Positions 63,699 through 64,000 of a DNA stretch of 64,000 bases are shown here, one piece after another. Every line of letters begins with the position of its first letter. Within the stretch, counting starts at the first letter, position 1. The position numbers and the translations under genes are program-made. The stretch is from Lytechinus pictus (taxonomy: Eukaryota), in assembly GCF_037042905.1 (NCBI RefSeq), contig NC_087251.1, positions 41,604,001 through 41,668,000 on the forward strand. Reading direction: 5' to 3'. The notes below the pieces were generated by a model that was given only the letters and a program-made list of their open reading frames with translations, made no database searches and had not been told where the DNA came from.

Positions 63699-64000
63699 CA
63701 CCACTGTTTTGTGAAACCATGCAGATCTTTAGAGTTTGAACTTGTTTTTAATATTCTCCGCCTTAAAATAAGACGGAGGGATAGTAATCCTGTAATCCCG
63801 TACACTGTGTGTTGTCCGTATCGAATTTACACGATCTTCACTTGATATGAAATGACTGTGGACGGGTAAAGGCCTACTAACGGGATCGACGCATTGGAGA
63901 CCGTTCATGAACGCATCATGGTCGCCAAAGAGACCAAGCAATGATTTCTGTAACTACACCGTCCTAAAACAAGACGGAGTTACAACAACCTGTAGAGCGG

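Overview
AT-rich, intron-containing animal DNA. The repeat types suggest an echinoderm, probably a sea urchin (inference). Positions ~1-19.5 kb hold the last seven coding exons of an EHBP1-like gene on the + strand: all splice phases join, the exons encode a C-terminal bMERB (Rab-binding) domain, and the protein ends in a CaaX box (CSIQ*), followed by a long 3' UTR. The remaining ~44 kb has no recognisable protein-coding gene. It looks CpG-richer and contains two promoter-like regions (~34.3 kb, ~52.3 kb), ATG-free exon-like segments with strong splice sites, and clusters of K50-homeodomain (TAATCC/GGATTA), GATA and other motifs. Since Ehbp1-Otx is a conserved gene pair, I infer this is the upstream regulatory region and alternative non-coding 5' exons of otx, with coding exons beyond the window. 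Many MITEs, SINEs and LINE fragments are present. The most unusual is a ~177-bp SINE-like element (58177-58353, - strand) whose head resembles the 7SL/SRP RNA Alu domain. All family assignments are by eye; no searches were run.
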